64,000 bases of DNA from Ginglymostoma cirratum. Its lineage: Eukaryota. The stretch covers positions 23,699,434-23,763,433 of the forward strand of contig JAHRHZ010000022.1 of NCBI GenBank assembly GCA_024137785.1. Direction: 5' to 3'. The translations under genes and the position numbers were made by a program. Positions 46,815 through 60,529 of this stretch are shown piece by piece. How positions within the stretch are numbered: position 1 is the first letter of the stretch; each line of letters begins with the position of its first letter. The notes under the pieces are model-generated. The model was not told where the DNA came from. It saw only the letters and a program-made list of their open reading frames with translations, and did not search any database.

Positions 46815-48770
46815 GACATAGAACATAGAACAGTACAGCACAGTACAGGCCGTTCAGCCCACAATGTTGTGCTGACCTATTATCCTACTCTAAGATCAAT
46901 CTACCCTGCATACCCTACATTTTACAATCCTCCGTGTGCCCATCCAAGAGTCGCTTAAAAGTGTCTAAAGTATCTGACTCCACTAACACTGCCAGCAGCT
47001 CATTCTATATGCCCACCACTCTCTGTTTGAAGAAACTACCTCTGACATCTCCCCTATACCTTCCTCCAATCACCTTAAAATTATGCCCCCTTGTAATAGT
47101 CATTTCCACCCTGGGAAAAAGTCTCTGACTCCACTCTATCTATGCCTCTCATCATCTTGTAAATCTCTATCAAGTCACCTCTCATCCTTCTTTGCTCCAA
47201 TGAAAAAAGCCCTAGCTCCCTCAACCTTTCCTCATAAGACCTGCCCTCCAGTCCAGGCAGCATCCTGGTAAATCTCCTCTGCCCCCTCTCTAAAGCTTCC
47301 ACATCTTTCCCATAATGAGGTGACCAGAACTGAACACAATATTCCAAGTGTGGTCTAACCAGAGTCTTATAGAGCTGCAGCATAACCTCATGGCTCTTGA
47401 ACTCAATCCCCCTGCCAATGAAAGCCAACACACCATACACCTTCTTTACAACCCTATCAACTGGGGTAGCAACTTTGAGGGGTCTATGGACGTGGACCCC
47501 AAGATCCCTCCGTTCCTCTACACTGCCAAGAATCCTGCCATTAACCCTGTATTCTGCATTCAAATTTGATCTTCCAAAATGAATCACTTCACACTTTTCT
47601 GCATTGAATTCCATCTACCACTTCTTTGCCCAGCTCTGCATCCTGTCAATGTCCCGTTGCAACCTACAACAGCCGTCCACGCTGTCCACAACTCCACCAA
47701 CCTTTGTGTCATCGGCAAACTTACTAACCCACCCTTCCACTTCCTCATCCAAGTAATTTATAAAGATCACAAAGAGCAGAGGTCCCAAAACAGATCCCTG
47801 TGGAACACCACTGGTCACCGAGCTCCAGGCTGAATACTTCCATCCATAACACCCTCTGTCTTCTATTGGACAGTCAGTTTTGTATCCAGACAGCCAAATT
47901 TCCCTGAATCCCATGCCTCCTTACTTTCTGAATGAACCTACTATGTGGAACCTTATTGAATGCCTTGCTAAAATCCATATACGCCACATCCGCTGCTCTA
48001 CCTTCATCAATGTGTTTTGTCACATCCTTAAAGAGTTCAATAAGGCTGTGAGTCATGACCTACCCCTCACAAAGCCATGCTGACTATTTCTAATCAAATT
48101 GTGTTCTTCCAAATAATCACAAATACTATCTCTCAGAATCCTCTCCAATAATTTTCCGACCACACAAGTAAGACTGACCGGTCTGTAATTTCCAGAATTA
48201 TCCCTATTCCCTTTCTTGAACAAGGGAATGACATTTGCCACCCTCCAATCTTCTGGTACTACTCCAGTGGACAGTGAGGACGCAAAGATCATTGCCAAAG
48301 GGGCAGCAATCTCTTCCCTCACTTCCTGTAGTAACCTTGTGTATATCCCATCTGGCCCAGGGTACTTATCTATCCTCATGTTTTTCAAAATTTCTAGCAC
48401 ATCCTCCTTTCTAACATCAACCTGTTCGAGCATATCTGCCTGTTTCACACTGTCCTCACAAACCTCAAGGTCCCTCTCACTGGTGAGTACTGAGGCAAAG
48501 TGTTCATTAAGAACCTCCCCTACCTCCTCTGACTCTGCACACAAGTTCCCTCCACAGTCCCTGATTGGCCCTATCCTCACTCTGGCCATCGTCTTGTTCT
48601 TCACATAAGTATAGAAGGCTTTGGGGTTTTCCTTGATCCTACCCACCAAGGTTTTCTCATACCCACTTCTAGCTCTCCTAAGTTCATTCTTCAGTTCCTT
48701 CCTGGCTACCTTGTAGACCTCTAGAACCCTGTCCGATCCTTGCTTCCTCAACCTTAAGTAAGCTTCGTTC
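46815..48770 (-). mobile_element. CR1/HER1 LINE, 5'-truncated, frameshifted
   Basis: Antisense IKENPKAFY...DKYPGPDGIY...NYRPVSLT...SQHGF; [11 protein letters not shown]; KFADDTKV; (ttctatg)n tail. Confidence 0.95.
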
Positions 48771-48999
48771 ACCATGATTAAATTGTTTCTTTTAAGCATT
48801 CGGGTGTATTTGCACTGGAATAGAGCTTCCTGCTTGTAACCTAACAAAACAATAGGACAGTAGTGAAAGTGCCATAAATCTTAAGTGTAACATCAGGACA
48901 TTCTCATCCAAGGAACTGCAAACCACAGAATTTAAGCTCTGAAGAACTGTGCAAGCCTGAATGTTTGTTCCTGCCACAGATACTATCAAAACTTTTGTG

Positions 49000-50330
49000 A
49001 ATGGATGACTACAAAATGTCCATCCCTGAATTGGAAGGTGTGAGATCTCCTTATTGAGTTTAAGCTATTCAGACAACAAATGGAACTATAGCTGTCAAAA
49101 TCAAAACTGCTATTAGAAATGAAGGTTTCTGCAGACTGACTACATCAGGAGTGTCGACTGATTACTTCATAATGGTCTCCACCGGTTAATCACTTAAGAT
49201 TTAAGCTTGATCTTCACATGCCCTGTCTCCAATTTGTACTTCTTTTTTCAGACTACCAACCCCAGGAGTTGATAAAGCAGGAAATTCAGCAGGTGTGGCA
49301 GCATCTGTGAAATAGAAGCAGAGTTAATGTTTTAAGTCCACAGCAACCCAAAGTGAAATAGATCACTTCGTGAGCTGTAGCTGTGATAGTGAGATAAAAG
49401 CTGTGACTTTTCGGAAACAAAACTGGACAATAAAATCATTGAAATTTGTAATAGCTCCTACCCCTATCAAAGCATATTGAAAGGAACTTTCTAGACTAAA
49501 CCAAAGGTACGGCTTGGAAGTATTGCAATAAAGGTGTTGCAAGAATGAAGCGATCCTTTTGGGTAGAGAGAGTTTATAGCCTTTGTTTACAATGTTCACC
49601 ATAAGAACAATAACCAATTCACACAACCCTGGCAAGCCACACAGGGAGTGCAGCCTCATATGTACTACCTGAGTTTGTCAGGCTTCCTATGACATATGCA
49701 AGGCAAGTGGGACTGGGAATGCTGGAACACCAATGCTGGAGCTAGTACAGACGATTCAGTATTGTGACATGGCAGCTCCTACATTCCAGCAAACAAAGGA
49801 AGCATAGCAAATATCTCACACACCAGGTTCACTCAATGTCTTGCCAGGCTGCAAAGTTGGATGATGAGGGTAATCAGAACAATGACTGTATGGAATGCCA
49901 GCTCATGAACACACAATGTCTGAGAACTATTGATGTTGCACAAATTAAGGATGTCACCACTATTCATAATGTATTTCCACAAGAGCCTAGAAACTATACG
50001 CAGTGGACAAAATCAATCCAGGTGTAGGTGCTAATCTTCTTCCACTTCCCAGGCTGACAAGCTTGTACCTGCAGAAGTGGAAACTGATGAATCAACCAAT
50101 CACCACCAAGTCCACAGGCTACAATGGCTCAAAGATACCAGCTGTAGGATCCTTCATTCTTGAATGTTGCTGCAACAACTCACCATGGACATCTAAGATA
50201 TTCTGTGTGGTGGACAATGCAAGTCTAGTGATTACAGGCCTAGCAGCCAGCAGAGACCTGGCTTTGGTTAGCATTAATTGTCTCCACACAAAAATTGTGT
50301 GCAGATTGATTGCAGAAATCTTGCATTAAA
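49000..50330 (+). mobile_element. Ty3/Gypsy gag-protease remnant
   Basis: KINPGVGANLLP (decayed KIDTGAxANLLP), TGYNGSKIPAVG, FCVVD..VITGLAASRDLALV; Cys-rich knuckle-like segment near 49640-49720; small Penelope piece at 49265-49340. Confidence 0.55.
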
Positions 50331-50399
50331 ATAAATACCATCCAAACTCGCCAAACCTTTTCATGTGCCTTAACTGGCCTATAATTTTTATGCTCTTGT

Positions 50400-50950
50400 G
50401 ACTGACTCCCTTGCTGTCTTTTCTAATCTTGGTTGTACATCTCTCCCCTGCTGAACTCCTCTTTCTAGATACCCCCAATAAGTTAGTTTAAACCCTCCCC
50501 AAAAGCATTACCAAAGCCCCTTGAGTGGATGCTGGTCCCATTCTGGTTTAGATGCAACATGTCCACTTTGTGCAGGTCCCAACACCCCCAGAAACTGTCC
50601 CAACATCACAGAAATCTAAAGTGCTCCCTTCTGTACCATCTTTCCATCTGCACATTCACCTCTCCAATTTCTACACTCCATTAGCCTTTGGCACCAGAAG
50701 TAATCCAGAATTTTTGGGTCCTGTTCATTAATCTAATTCCTAGCTTCCTGATTTCTGCTTGCTGGACCTCATCCCTTTTTCCACTTATATTGTTGGAACC
50801 AATAATGTACCACAATCTCTGTTAGTTTGCCCGACCCCTTCAGAATGCTCTGCAGCCATTCAGTGACATCCTGACCATGGCACCAGGAAGGCAAATTGCC
50901 ATCCAGAGTCTCTATTTTTGTGCTAGCAGAAATGCCAGTCTGGCACACCC
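50400..50950 (-). mobile_element. Old CR1 ORF1/inter-ORF region
   Basis: ttagtttaaaccctccccaaaagcattacc (end of ORF1) and cctgaccatggcaccaggaaggcaa (CLPGA motif) on the reverse strand. Confidence 0.65.
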
Positions 50951-51019
50951 CTCCCCTGCACCCCCCAACCAACCATCCCCAACAATCCAGTGAAGTGTAG
51001 ATACTTTTTTTCAGTTTAG

Positions 51020-51140
51020 TTTAGAATCATAGAATCCCTACATTCAAAAAGAGGCTATTCAGCCCACCCAGTCTAGACTGACTCTCCAAACAGCATCCGA
51101 CCCTATCCCCATAACCCCACATTTTACCATGGCTAAACTT
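51020..51140 (-). mobile_element. HE1-SINE 3' fragment
   Basis: tagaatcatagaatccctacattc...cattttaccatggctaa. Confidence 0.6.
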
Positions 51141-51189
51141 TTGCTGTGTTTGTTTCTCTTAATTCTGCTCTTCATTGAGCAGTCCAATT

Positions 51190-51785
51190 CAGACCAGTTC
51201 AGCTTGTGTAACCCACTGCTGAACGGGTTCTGCCCACAAGCATGATCCCATGTTTCTGATTAGGCTGTCATCGGATTCCTGCGCCTTGTTTTCTTGCCAA
51301 ACTACCTGTTTCCCCAGCTTCCTTAAGTATTCCAGTAAAACTGTACGTAACTTGAAGAACAGACCGTAATCTTCCATTTGGTCTCTATATAGCCTTCTAG
51401 ACTGAACACATAGTTTAACAATTTCAGATTGCAAGCAATCCTCCCATTTTGTTTCAATTATCTTTATAAATTTTGATTCATTTTGTTTTTTTTGCATATA
51501 TTTCCGCTGGCAGTGATTCATCACTTTACCATTCTCACCTCTTCGTTCCCAATCCTCTTGTCCTTGCACCAATTGTTAATGAACCATTTCCCATCGAATC
51601 ACTCACCCGCTCTGTTGTCCTTTTCTCACATTCCCCCTTTCAGTTGCAAAGCACCCCTCTCACTTTTCCTGGTTTTGATAGACAGTTACAATCACAAGTT
51701 CTATTGTTCTCTACATATGCTGTAAGACCAATATTTTCAGCATTTCATTCTGATTTCCAGCATTCTCAGTATTGTTTTCTGTTCA
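51190..51785 (+). mobile_element. Old Penelope-like element, GIY-YIG end and 3' UTR
   Basis: LEEQTVIFHLVSI*PSRLNT*FNNFR; gatttccagcattctcagtattg tail. Confidence 0.6.
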
Positions 51786-52169
51786 AAGCAACCACTAGTT
51801 TGAGAGAAATTGTTCCTTCCAAAAAGTTAGCCTAAAACCCAATAACTGTTCAGTTCAATATGACACTATACTTGTTTAAACAATGTCCAGGCATCATTTA
51901 ATGCTTACTTGAGGCAAGCAAAGAATATCACTCATTACCTAATCATAAACAGTTCAGGATACTATTCATTTAACTGCTAAACGTAAACTCACTATAACAT
52001 TCACTGTCTATTCATTGCAATTCCAACACACCATTCAGTACCTCAATGCAACCCCAGCATATCATTGAATTCCTGCTGAATGCAACCCAAGGGCAGCATT
52101 CAGCATCTCAATGAAGCCCCATTGCACCATTCACTATCTGCTCAATGCAACTCCAGTGCATCATTACTC

Positions 52170-52445
52170 AGTGGAAGATGGACGGGAAAGATCCCAGGGT
52201 GGTATTTGAAGGAAGAGCAGGGTAATTTTCCCCCATGTCCTGCTCGATATTTGTCTCTCCAATCAACATTACCAAAACAAATTATCTACTTGAAAGCACA
52301 GTGCTGTTTTGGGGGGCTTGCTTTGTACAACTTGGTGCCACATCACCAACACTGCAACAGTAACTTCTAAGAGTAGGTTAAATTTATTGGCCATGAAGTA
52401 CTTCCAAGAAAGGCTCAATATGAAGTACAAGTCCTCCATTTTCTT
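52170..52445 (+). mobile_element. Deu-domain SINE
   Basis: ggaaagatcccagggtggtatttgaaggaagagcaggg...atatttgtctctccaatcaacattaccaaaacaaattatct. Confidence 0.65.
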
Positions 52446-53001
52446 TTAAATGCAAAATTAATAAGCATGTAGCAGCATGAATATGAGGAATGTGTTGTTT
52501 TGTGTAGGGAACACATGGTATTTACACGGGAGGTGGAGAGTACATCATTTATATGGCTACTGCCCATCCAAGATGATAAATAAAAATAGGCACCTCTATG
52601 ACCAACACAGCTTTTCATGCTCTTAAAATGTCTCGATCACTTGTACAGCTGGCTCTTTCTTCTGTACACTAACCATTCTACTGTGCTAAGTATTTCACTA
52701 CCTAAAGTCACAGTTCATTCATGTCAAATGTGACACATTGTGCAACAAAAGCTGCAGCATTTTCATATGTTTCTGAACTATTAACGTACAACATGCATGT
52801 ACTGAGAATCAAAACAGTTCCCTTCCTGAACTCACAGTCTCTGATCTAATGCCAAGTGTAACACATTAAACGTGAAGTGAAGGACAATACGGAAAGTGCA
52901 ATGATGAGAATCATTGTTGGTCATGGAACTGACTATCTGTCCTTTTACAATCAACAACAATAGAGTTTATGTAGCATATTTGACATGGTAAAACATCCAA
53001 G

Positions 53002-53463
53002 TGTTGTATAACATTATGGTTCTGAAAGAGTTAATGTTTAAGCTATAATGAGCACTGTCCAGTCTGATGATGTCCCATAAACTCTATGGGAAGAATCAGT
53101 TGGNNNNNNNNNNNNNNNNNNNNNNNNNNNNNNNNNNNNNNNNNNNNNNNNNNNNNNNNNNNNNNNNNNNNNNNNNNNNNNNNNNNNNNNNNNNNNNNNN
53201 NNNNNNNNNNNNNNNNNNNNNNNNNNNNNNNNGTCATTGTTAATGTGCCCAAGTGTTAATATAACCCAAAGTTACTGAGATGCAATAAACTACATCTAGT
53301 TAGCAAAGACAAGAATTTCTTTGCTGAGATGTATTCTTGGTCCGTTCTCCACCAGAGATTAACCTGCCCCTTAAACTAGCATAGGAAGGAGGATTGGTGA
53401 AAGCACTCTACCCAAACACAAGCCAACAGACATGGTATTCAGGCATCACAATATATTACAACA
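53002..53463 (+). repeat. 5' LTR (contains a 129-N gap)
   Basis: tgttgtataacattatggttctgaaagagttaatgtt...aaagacaagaatttctttgctgagatg...tattacaaca. Confidence 0.8.
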
Positions 53464-54173
53464 TGCTTATAGCAGGACATACCTAATACCCACCACCAGG
53501 AGAAGAACTTCAAAAGAGACAGAAGGAAAGGAGGAGCTTATTGTGCAGACATGGCTTACCACTTTAAGAGGATTGCTGTTTTAAGAAGAGCTCAGCTAGA
53601 CAGTCAGCATCTGAAACCAGTTAAACAGACACCAGTGGCTCATGGAAGCTGTAACAACTTGGAAGCTGTACTCCAAGCTGAAAGACAGCTAGACCTGGAG
53701 TATAAAGTGCAGATAAGCCAGTGTAGGCTACAATCATACTTGGTAGAAGGCAGCAGATATTAGTCAGTGTTCAACTACAGATTAAACGGACAGTAGGGCC
53801 TCCTTTAGTAAGTAAATATCAAATGGAAAAGGGTAGAAAACTTGCCTAACAGTGCAAAACACACAGATTAAGAGAGTGAAAAAATAAATTGGGAGTACTT
53901 ACTGGTAAAATGAACATTGCTGCAGCTGTAAACTTTAAAAGACGGCAATAGATCTAATTCAGATCAAAGTCAGGGAAATCAGAAACAAATTTAAACATTT
54001 TAAATCCACTGCAAAATAAGATTAAAAGCAGAAAAGAATTCAGGAGCAAGCAAAAGTGATTTTAAGAAATCAGAACATACTTTAATGCTGGAAAGCACAT
54101 GAATTTGCCATTTTGTCAGGGAGAAAAGACATGATTCATCCCAAGAAGAAGACTGAAGGACCCAAATCTTCCA

Positions 54174-54326
54174 GAGATAGTAGGAACTGCAGATGCTGGA
54201 GAATCTGAGATAACAAGGTGTAGAGCTGGATGAACACAGCAGGCCAAGCAGCATCAGAGGAGCAGAAAGGCTGACGTTTCGGGCTGAGACCCAAGAAGGG
54301 TCAGCCTTCCTGCTCTACACCTTGTT
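54174..54326. mobile_element. Mini fold-back Penelope-derived element
   Basis: Minus arm 54174-54293 plus a short rearranged plus arm; perfect 15-bp TSD gacccaaatcttcca at 54159-54173 and 54327-54341. Confidence 0.87.
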
Positions 54327-54571
54327 GACCCAAATCTTCCATTTTGTTCAAACAGGCAGGAAACTTCCCAACAAGCCGCAAAAGGATGGGAATCCTCCAT
54401 TTTGATTCCTAAAACTGAAAAGATCATATTACTTCAGATAAAAGTATTTAAGAGAGTTAGCAATTCTTGAAAAAATTAATAAAACTTTTATTTTAAAAGA
54501 CTATTGCTATAGTACATAAACTTAAAACTCAAAACAATTCTAAAAATGCAAGTGTTTTGCAAAAATGTATT

Positions 54572-55053
54572 GTGAACTTGAAAGGGCTCAGAGAAGATTT
54601 AACAGGATGTTGCCAGGGTTAGAGGGTTGGAGCTATCGGGAGAGGCTGAATAGACTGGGGCTATTTTCTATGGAGCATCAGAGGTGGAGGGATGACGTTA
54701 AAAGTTTGTAAAATCATGAGGGGAATGGATAGGGTAAATAGACAAGGTCTTTCCCCTGGGATAGGTGAATCCAAAAATAGAGGGCATAGGTTTAAGGTGA
54801 GAGGTGAAAGATTTAAAAAGGACCTGAGGGGCAACATTTTCACACAGAAGGAATGAGCTACCAGAGGAAGTAGTGGAGATTAGTGCAATTACAATGTTTA
54901 AGGGGTTTCTGGATGGGTACATGAATAGGAAGGGTTTAGAGAGATATGGGCTAAATGCTGGAAAATGAGACTAGATTAATTTAAGATATCTGGTCAGCAT
55001 GGATGAGTTGGACCAAAGGGTGTGTTTCCAAGCTATACAGCTCTATGACTCTA
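54572..55053 (+). mobile_element. CR1/HER1 3' fragment
   Basis: LERAQRRFNRMLPGLEGLSYRERLNRLGLFS; tail ctctatgactcta. Confidence 0.9.
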
Positions 55054-55329
55054 AGTCACTACAAAACAATCACTAAGCACAATGTAATGTTTCATAAGAA
55101 GTTGATACAGTTCAAAAGTGATGCAGGATTAACAAAGAATAATAAAGGAATGATAAAAAGACACTCACAAGCTTTATGATAATTTAAAATAAAAACACTA
55201 TTTAGTACCAAAAGACAAGCTTAGAACATCAGATTGAAAACCATTATGCAAATTTAAAACACCTTTTAAGCCTAAGGATTGATCAACACATTAGGAAGAA
55301 ATGATAAAAGACATTGTACTTCCTAATAT

Positions 55330-55830
55330 ATTCAAGGTCAGAGATGATCATAACAGAAGACAAGATTAGATTTCATGGCCAGAACAGTTCTGACGATACA
55401 AAACTGCTTGAAAGTTAAATACCAGTTTGGAAGCAAAACAATATTGTACAACACTGTATTCAGAAGATCCTAAAACTGATGATGTTCTAAATTGTCAGAA
55501 AATAAAAGATGATACAGATACTTATACTGGTGTCATAAAGAACTTCTTGAAAATCATGTTAATTTAACAAATAGAATTCTTGAACATGTAAGGTTTAACA
55601 GAAGTATTCAACATTCAGGGGAATTTTAGACAATGTCATTAATGACTTCTATAGATTAATTCAAACCTGTGAATATGAAAGAAGAGACAGAGTTGTCACA
55701 GGAATCTTTGATCAGTCTTTGGCAGATTAATGACAATCCAAAGAAAACTTAACTTCAGATTTGGCTATTGAAATTGTGTTAGAAGCAGAGATCAGGGAAC
55801 GTCACAGTCAAACCCTGAGAATAGAAAAAC
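55330..55830 (+). pseudogene. Gypsy gag remnant
   Basis: ILEHVRFNRSIQHSGE and DNVINDFYRLIQTCEY..RDRVVTGIFDQSLAD**QSKENLTSDLAIEI. Confidence 0.75.
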
Positions 55831-56814
55831 AAAATAATCACAGACTAGCAACAGAACCTATTAGCTTAATAACACCAAACACACTAAACAGATACATGAC
55901 AGGCAAAAACAAACAGTAGGCAGAATGTCAGATACTAAGAGACAAATATTACCTTCTTTTGTTAAATGTATGTTGTGCCATGGTTTTGGAGGGATTATCA
56001 CAATGAGCTTGCAGCATTTTCTTGCCAAATCATGTCAAATGCTCATTAATGACCTACCGTACCCCTATGATGTTCCTCAAGTCCAATTCTAGCACCACCT
56101 TTTCACGCACTGTTCCCAGAACAGCTTACCACTGTTGAGATATCCAGAACTGACCAGTAGCCCTTATGCCCATGTCATATTTAAAAGTCTGTTGTGCACC
56201 CAAACAAGGACTTTCAGTCCAGAGCTGCCCTGAATGGTTCCTGATATTTGGCCCAGATATGGCAGACAGGTATGGTGCCTCCTTCTGTGGGGAGATGTCC
56301 TACTGGATGGGTTGATGCACAAGTGGGCTGTCCTCTTCCCTCGGGACTAGCAAAGGAGGCAATGAGACCAGACCTGGTCTGAGGTTGCCACCCAGATCAG
56401 CCCAGTCTCAGCTGTCTGAAGTAATGCCCAGCAATGTACAAAGAACGTCATTGACTTCCTCCACACCACCAGCATAAGTGCCACTATTGTCTCTCTGATA
56501 TTTTACACACATTCTATCTCCACTACTGTACCCACCTGCCACCAAGTCTGATGCTGTACCAAGCTAACAATTGCAACATCTTCCCCACTTGTTCTCAGCC
56601 ACCCCAAACCCAATGGCACTACCTCTGTATGCCCCCCAGAGCTGCTACTCACTAGCTTGGGATACATCCCCACCTGTGCCAAAAATAACAGCCGTGCCAC
56701 CCACTTTCACATACCTTGATATCTGCTTCTCTCTCATTTCAAGAAGAAACAGCCCACAGTAGGGCAGAAAGAGTCAAACAGGTGGTAGGATGTCTCACAT
56801 TTGGCTCCTCCTCC

Positions 56815-57495
56815 AAAAGAAACAGGCAGACAGTGCAGGGATCCCCTGTGGCCGTTCCCCTCAATAACAAATATACCGTTTTGGATACTGTTGAGGGGGA
56901 CGACTTACCAGGGGTAAGACATTGGGTACAGGTCTCTGGCGCAGAGTCTGTCCCTGTTGCTCAGAAAGGAAGGGGGGAAAGGAGGAGAGCATTAGTCATT
57001 GGGGACTCCATAGTTAGGGGGACAGATAGGAGATTCTGTGGGAACGAGAGAGACTCGCGGTTGGTGTGTTGCCTCCCAGGTGCCAGGGTCCGTGATGTCT
57101 CGAATTGTGTTTTCGGGATCCTTAAGGGGGAGGGGGAGCAGCCCCAAGTCGTGGTCCACATAGGCACCAACGACATAGGTAGGAAAAGGGATGGGGATGT
57201 AAGGCAGAAATTCAAGGAGCTAAGGTAGAAGCTTAGAGCTAGAACAAACAGAGTTGTTATCTCTGGTTTGTTACCCGTGCCACATGCTAGTGAGGCGAGG
57301 AATAGAGAGAGAGACCAGTTGAACACGTGGCTACAGGGATGGTGCAGGAGGGAGGGATTCAGATACCTGCATAACTGGGGCTCATTCTGGGGTAGGTGGG
57401 ACCTCTACAGACGGGATGGTCTGCACCTGAACCAGAGGGGTACCAATATCCTGGGAGGAAAATTTGCTAATGCTCTTCAGGAGGGTTTAAACTAA
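56815..57495 (+). pseudogene. CR1 ORF1p SGNH/GDSL esterase domain (one in-frame stop near 57226)
   Basis: VIGDSIVRG, CLPGA, HIGTND, RDGLHLN. Confidence 0.9.
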
Positions 57496-57609
57496 TTCAG
57501 CAGGGGGATGGGAACCTGACTTGTAGCTCCAGTGTACAGGAAGTTGAGAGTAGTGAGGTCATGAATAAGGTTTCAAGGTCGCAGGAGTGTACCGGCAGGC
57601 AGGAAAGTG

Positions 57610-60350
57610 GTTTGAAGTGTGTCTACTTCAACGCCAGAGTATCCGGAATAAGGTGGGTGAACTTGCAGCATGGGTTGGTACCTGGGACTTTGATGTTGTG
57701 GCCATTTCGGACACATGGATAGAGCAGGGACAGGAATGGTTGTTGCAGGTTCCGGGGTTTAGATGTTTCAGTAAGATCAGGGAAGGTGGTAAAAGAGGGG
57801 CAGGTGTGACATTGTTAGTCAAGGACAGTATTACGGTGGTAGAAAGAACGTTTGATGAGGGCTCATCTACTGAGTTAGTATGGGCTGAGGTTAGAAACAG
57901 GAAAGGAGAGGTCATCCTGTTGGGAGTTTTCTATAGGTCTCCAAAATGTTCCGCGATGTAGAGGAAAGGATAGCAAAGATGATTCTGGATAGAAGCGAAA
58001 GTAACATGGTAATTGTTATGGGGGACATTAACTTTCCAAATATTGACGGGAAATGCTATAGTTCAAGTACTTTAGATGGGTCAGTTTTGCAGGAGGGTTT
58101 CCTGACACAATATGTAGATAGGCCAACAAGAGGCAATGCCACATTAGATTTGGTACCGGGTAATGGACCATGCCAGGTGTTAGATTTGGAGGTAGGTGAG
58201 CACTTTGGTGATAATGACCACAATTCGGTTACGTTTACTTTAGCGATGGAAAGGGATAGGTATATACCACAGGGCAAGATTTATAGCTGGGGGAAAGGCA
58301 ATTAAGAGGCAATTAGGCAAGACGTAGGATGCATAGGATGGGGAAGGAAGCTGCAGGAGCTGGGGACAATTGAAATGTGGAGCTTGTTCAAGGAACAGCT
58401 ACTGCGTGTCCTTGATAAGTATGTACCTGTCAGGCAGGGAGGAAGCGGTCGACCGTGGTTTACTAAAGAACTTGAATCTCTTGTCAAGAGGAAGGAGGCT
58501 TATGTAAAGATGAGGCGTGAAGGCTCAGTTAGGGCATTTGAGAGTTACAAGTTAGCCAGGAAGGACCTAAAGAGAGAGCTAAGAATAGCCAGGGGGGAAC
58601 ATGAGAAGTCTTTGGCAGGTTGGATCAAGGAAAACCCTAAAGCTTTCTGTAGGCATATCAGGAATAAAAGAAAGACTAGAGTAAGATTAGGGCCAGTCAA
58701 GGACAGTAGTGGGAAGTTGTGCGTGGAGTCTGAAGAGATAGGAAAGGCGCTAAATGAATATTTTTCGTCAGTATTCACAAAGGAAAAAGACATTGTGGTC
58801 GAGGAGAATACTGAGATACAGGCTATTAGACTACACGGGATTGAGGTTCATAAGGAGGAGGTGTTAGCAATTCTGGAAAGTGTGAAAATAGATAAGTCCC
58901 CTGGGCCGGATGGGATTTATCCTAGGATTCTCTGGGAAGCTAGGGAGGAGAATGCAGAGCCTTTGGCTTTGATCTTTATGTCATCATTGTCTACAGGAAT
59001 AGTGTCAGAAGACTGGAGGATAGCAAATGTTGTCCCCTTGTCCAAGAAGGGGAGTAGAGACAACCCTGGTAATTATAGACCAATGAGCCTTACTTCGGTT
59101 GTTGGTAAAGTGTTGGAAAGGATAATAAGAGATAGGATTTATAATCAACCAGAAAGGAATAATTTGATTAGGGATAGTCAACACGGTTTTCTGAAGGGTA
59201 GGTCGTGCCTTACAAACCTTATTGAGTTCTTTGAGAAGGTGACTAAACAGATGGATGAGGGTAAAACGGTTGATGTGGTGTATATGGATTTCAGTAAAGC
59301 GTTTGATAAGGTTCCCCGCGGTAGGCTATTGCAGAAAATTTGGCGGCATGGGATTGAGAGTGATTTAGCGGTTTGGATCAGAAATTGGCTAGCTGGAAGA
59401 AGACAGAGGGTGGTGGTTGATGGGAAATGTTCATCCTGGAGTTCAGTTACTAGTGGTGTACCGCAAGGATCTGTTTTGGAGCCAATGCTGTTTGTCATTT
59501 TTATAAATGACCTGGATGAGGGCATAGAAGGATGGGTTAGTAAATTTGTGGATGACACTAAAGTTGGTGGAGTTGTGGATAGTGCGGAAGGATGTTGCAG
59601 GTTACAGAGGGACATAGATAAGCTGCAGAGCCAGGCTGAGAGGTGGCAAAGGGAGTTTAATGTGGAAAAGTGTGAGGTGATTCACTTTGGAAGGAGTAAC
59701 AGGAATACAGAGTACAGGGCTAATGGTAAGATTCTTGGTAGCGTGGACGAGCAGAAAGATCTCGGTGTCCATGTGCATAGATCCCTGAAAGTTGCCACCC
59801 AGGTTGACAGGGTTGTTAAGAAGGCATACGGTGTGCTAGGTTTTATTGGTAGAGAGATTGAGTTTCGGAGCCAAGAGGTCATGTTGCAGCTGTACAAAAC
59901 TCTGGTGAGGCCGCACTTGGAATATTGCGTACAGTTCTGGTCACCGCATAATAGGAAGGATGTGGAAGCATTGGAAAGGGTGCAGAGGAGATTTATCAGG
60001 ATGTTGCCTGGTATGGAGGGAAGGCCTTATGAGGGAAGGCTGAGGGACTTGAGGCTGTTTTTGTTTGAGAGAAGAAGGTAAAGAGGTGACTTAATAGAGA
60101 CATACAAGATGATCAGAGGATTAGATAGGGTGGACAGTGGGAACCTTTTTCCTCGGATGGTGATGGCTAGCATAAGGGGACATAACTTTAAATTGAGGGG
60201 TGATAGATATAGGACAGATGTCAGAGGTAGATTCTTTACTCGGAGAATAGTAAGGGCGTGGAATGCCCTGCCTGATGCAGTAGTAGACTAGCCAACTTTA
60301 AGGGCATTTAAATAGTTGTTGGATAAACATATGGATGATAACGGAATAGT
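57610..60350 (+). pseudogene. CR1 ORF2 APE endonuclease and reverse transcriptase, frameshifted; 568-aa open segment at 58375-60081
   Basis: VAISDTW, GVFYRSP, MGDINFP, ATLDLV, DNDHN; KSPGPDG, NYRPMSL, QHGF, DFSKAFD, GVPQGS, FVDD. Confidence 0.92.
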
Positions 60351-60529
60351 GTAGGTTAGATGGGCTTCAGATTGGTTTCACAGGTCCGCGTGACATCGAG
60401 GGCTGAAGGGCCTGTACTGCGCTGGAATGCTCTATGTTCTATTATAATGAGATGCTACTGATTCTGCCAGTCCTGGGAAAACTGACCCTGTCCAAGACCC
60501 TGGACTGGTATAGGAAGCTTCTCTTGACC

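Larger units (their letters stand above)
56815..60441 (+). mobile_element. Near full-length CR1/HER1 LINE (3' half of ORF1, ORF2 and 3' UTR)
   Basis: Continuous CR1 motifs from VPLNNKYTVL to the ctatgttctat tail. Confidence 0.95.

Noticed and set aside
58375-60081. 568-aa ORF as a host gene
   Set aside because: It is CR1 ORF2 reverse transcriptase inside a frameshifted LINE copy.
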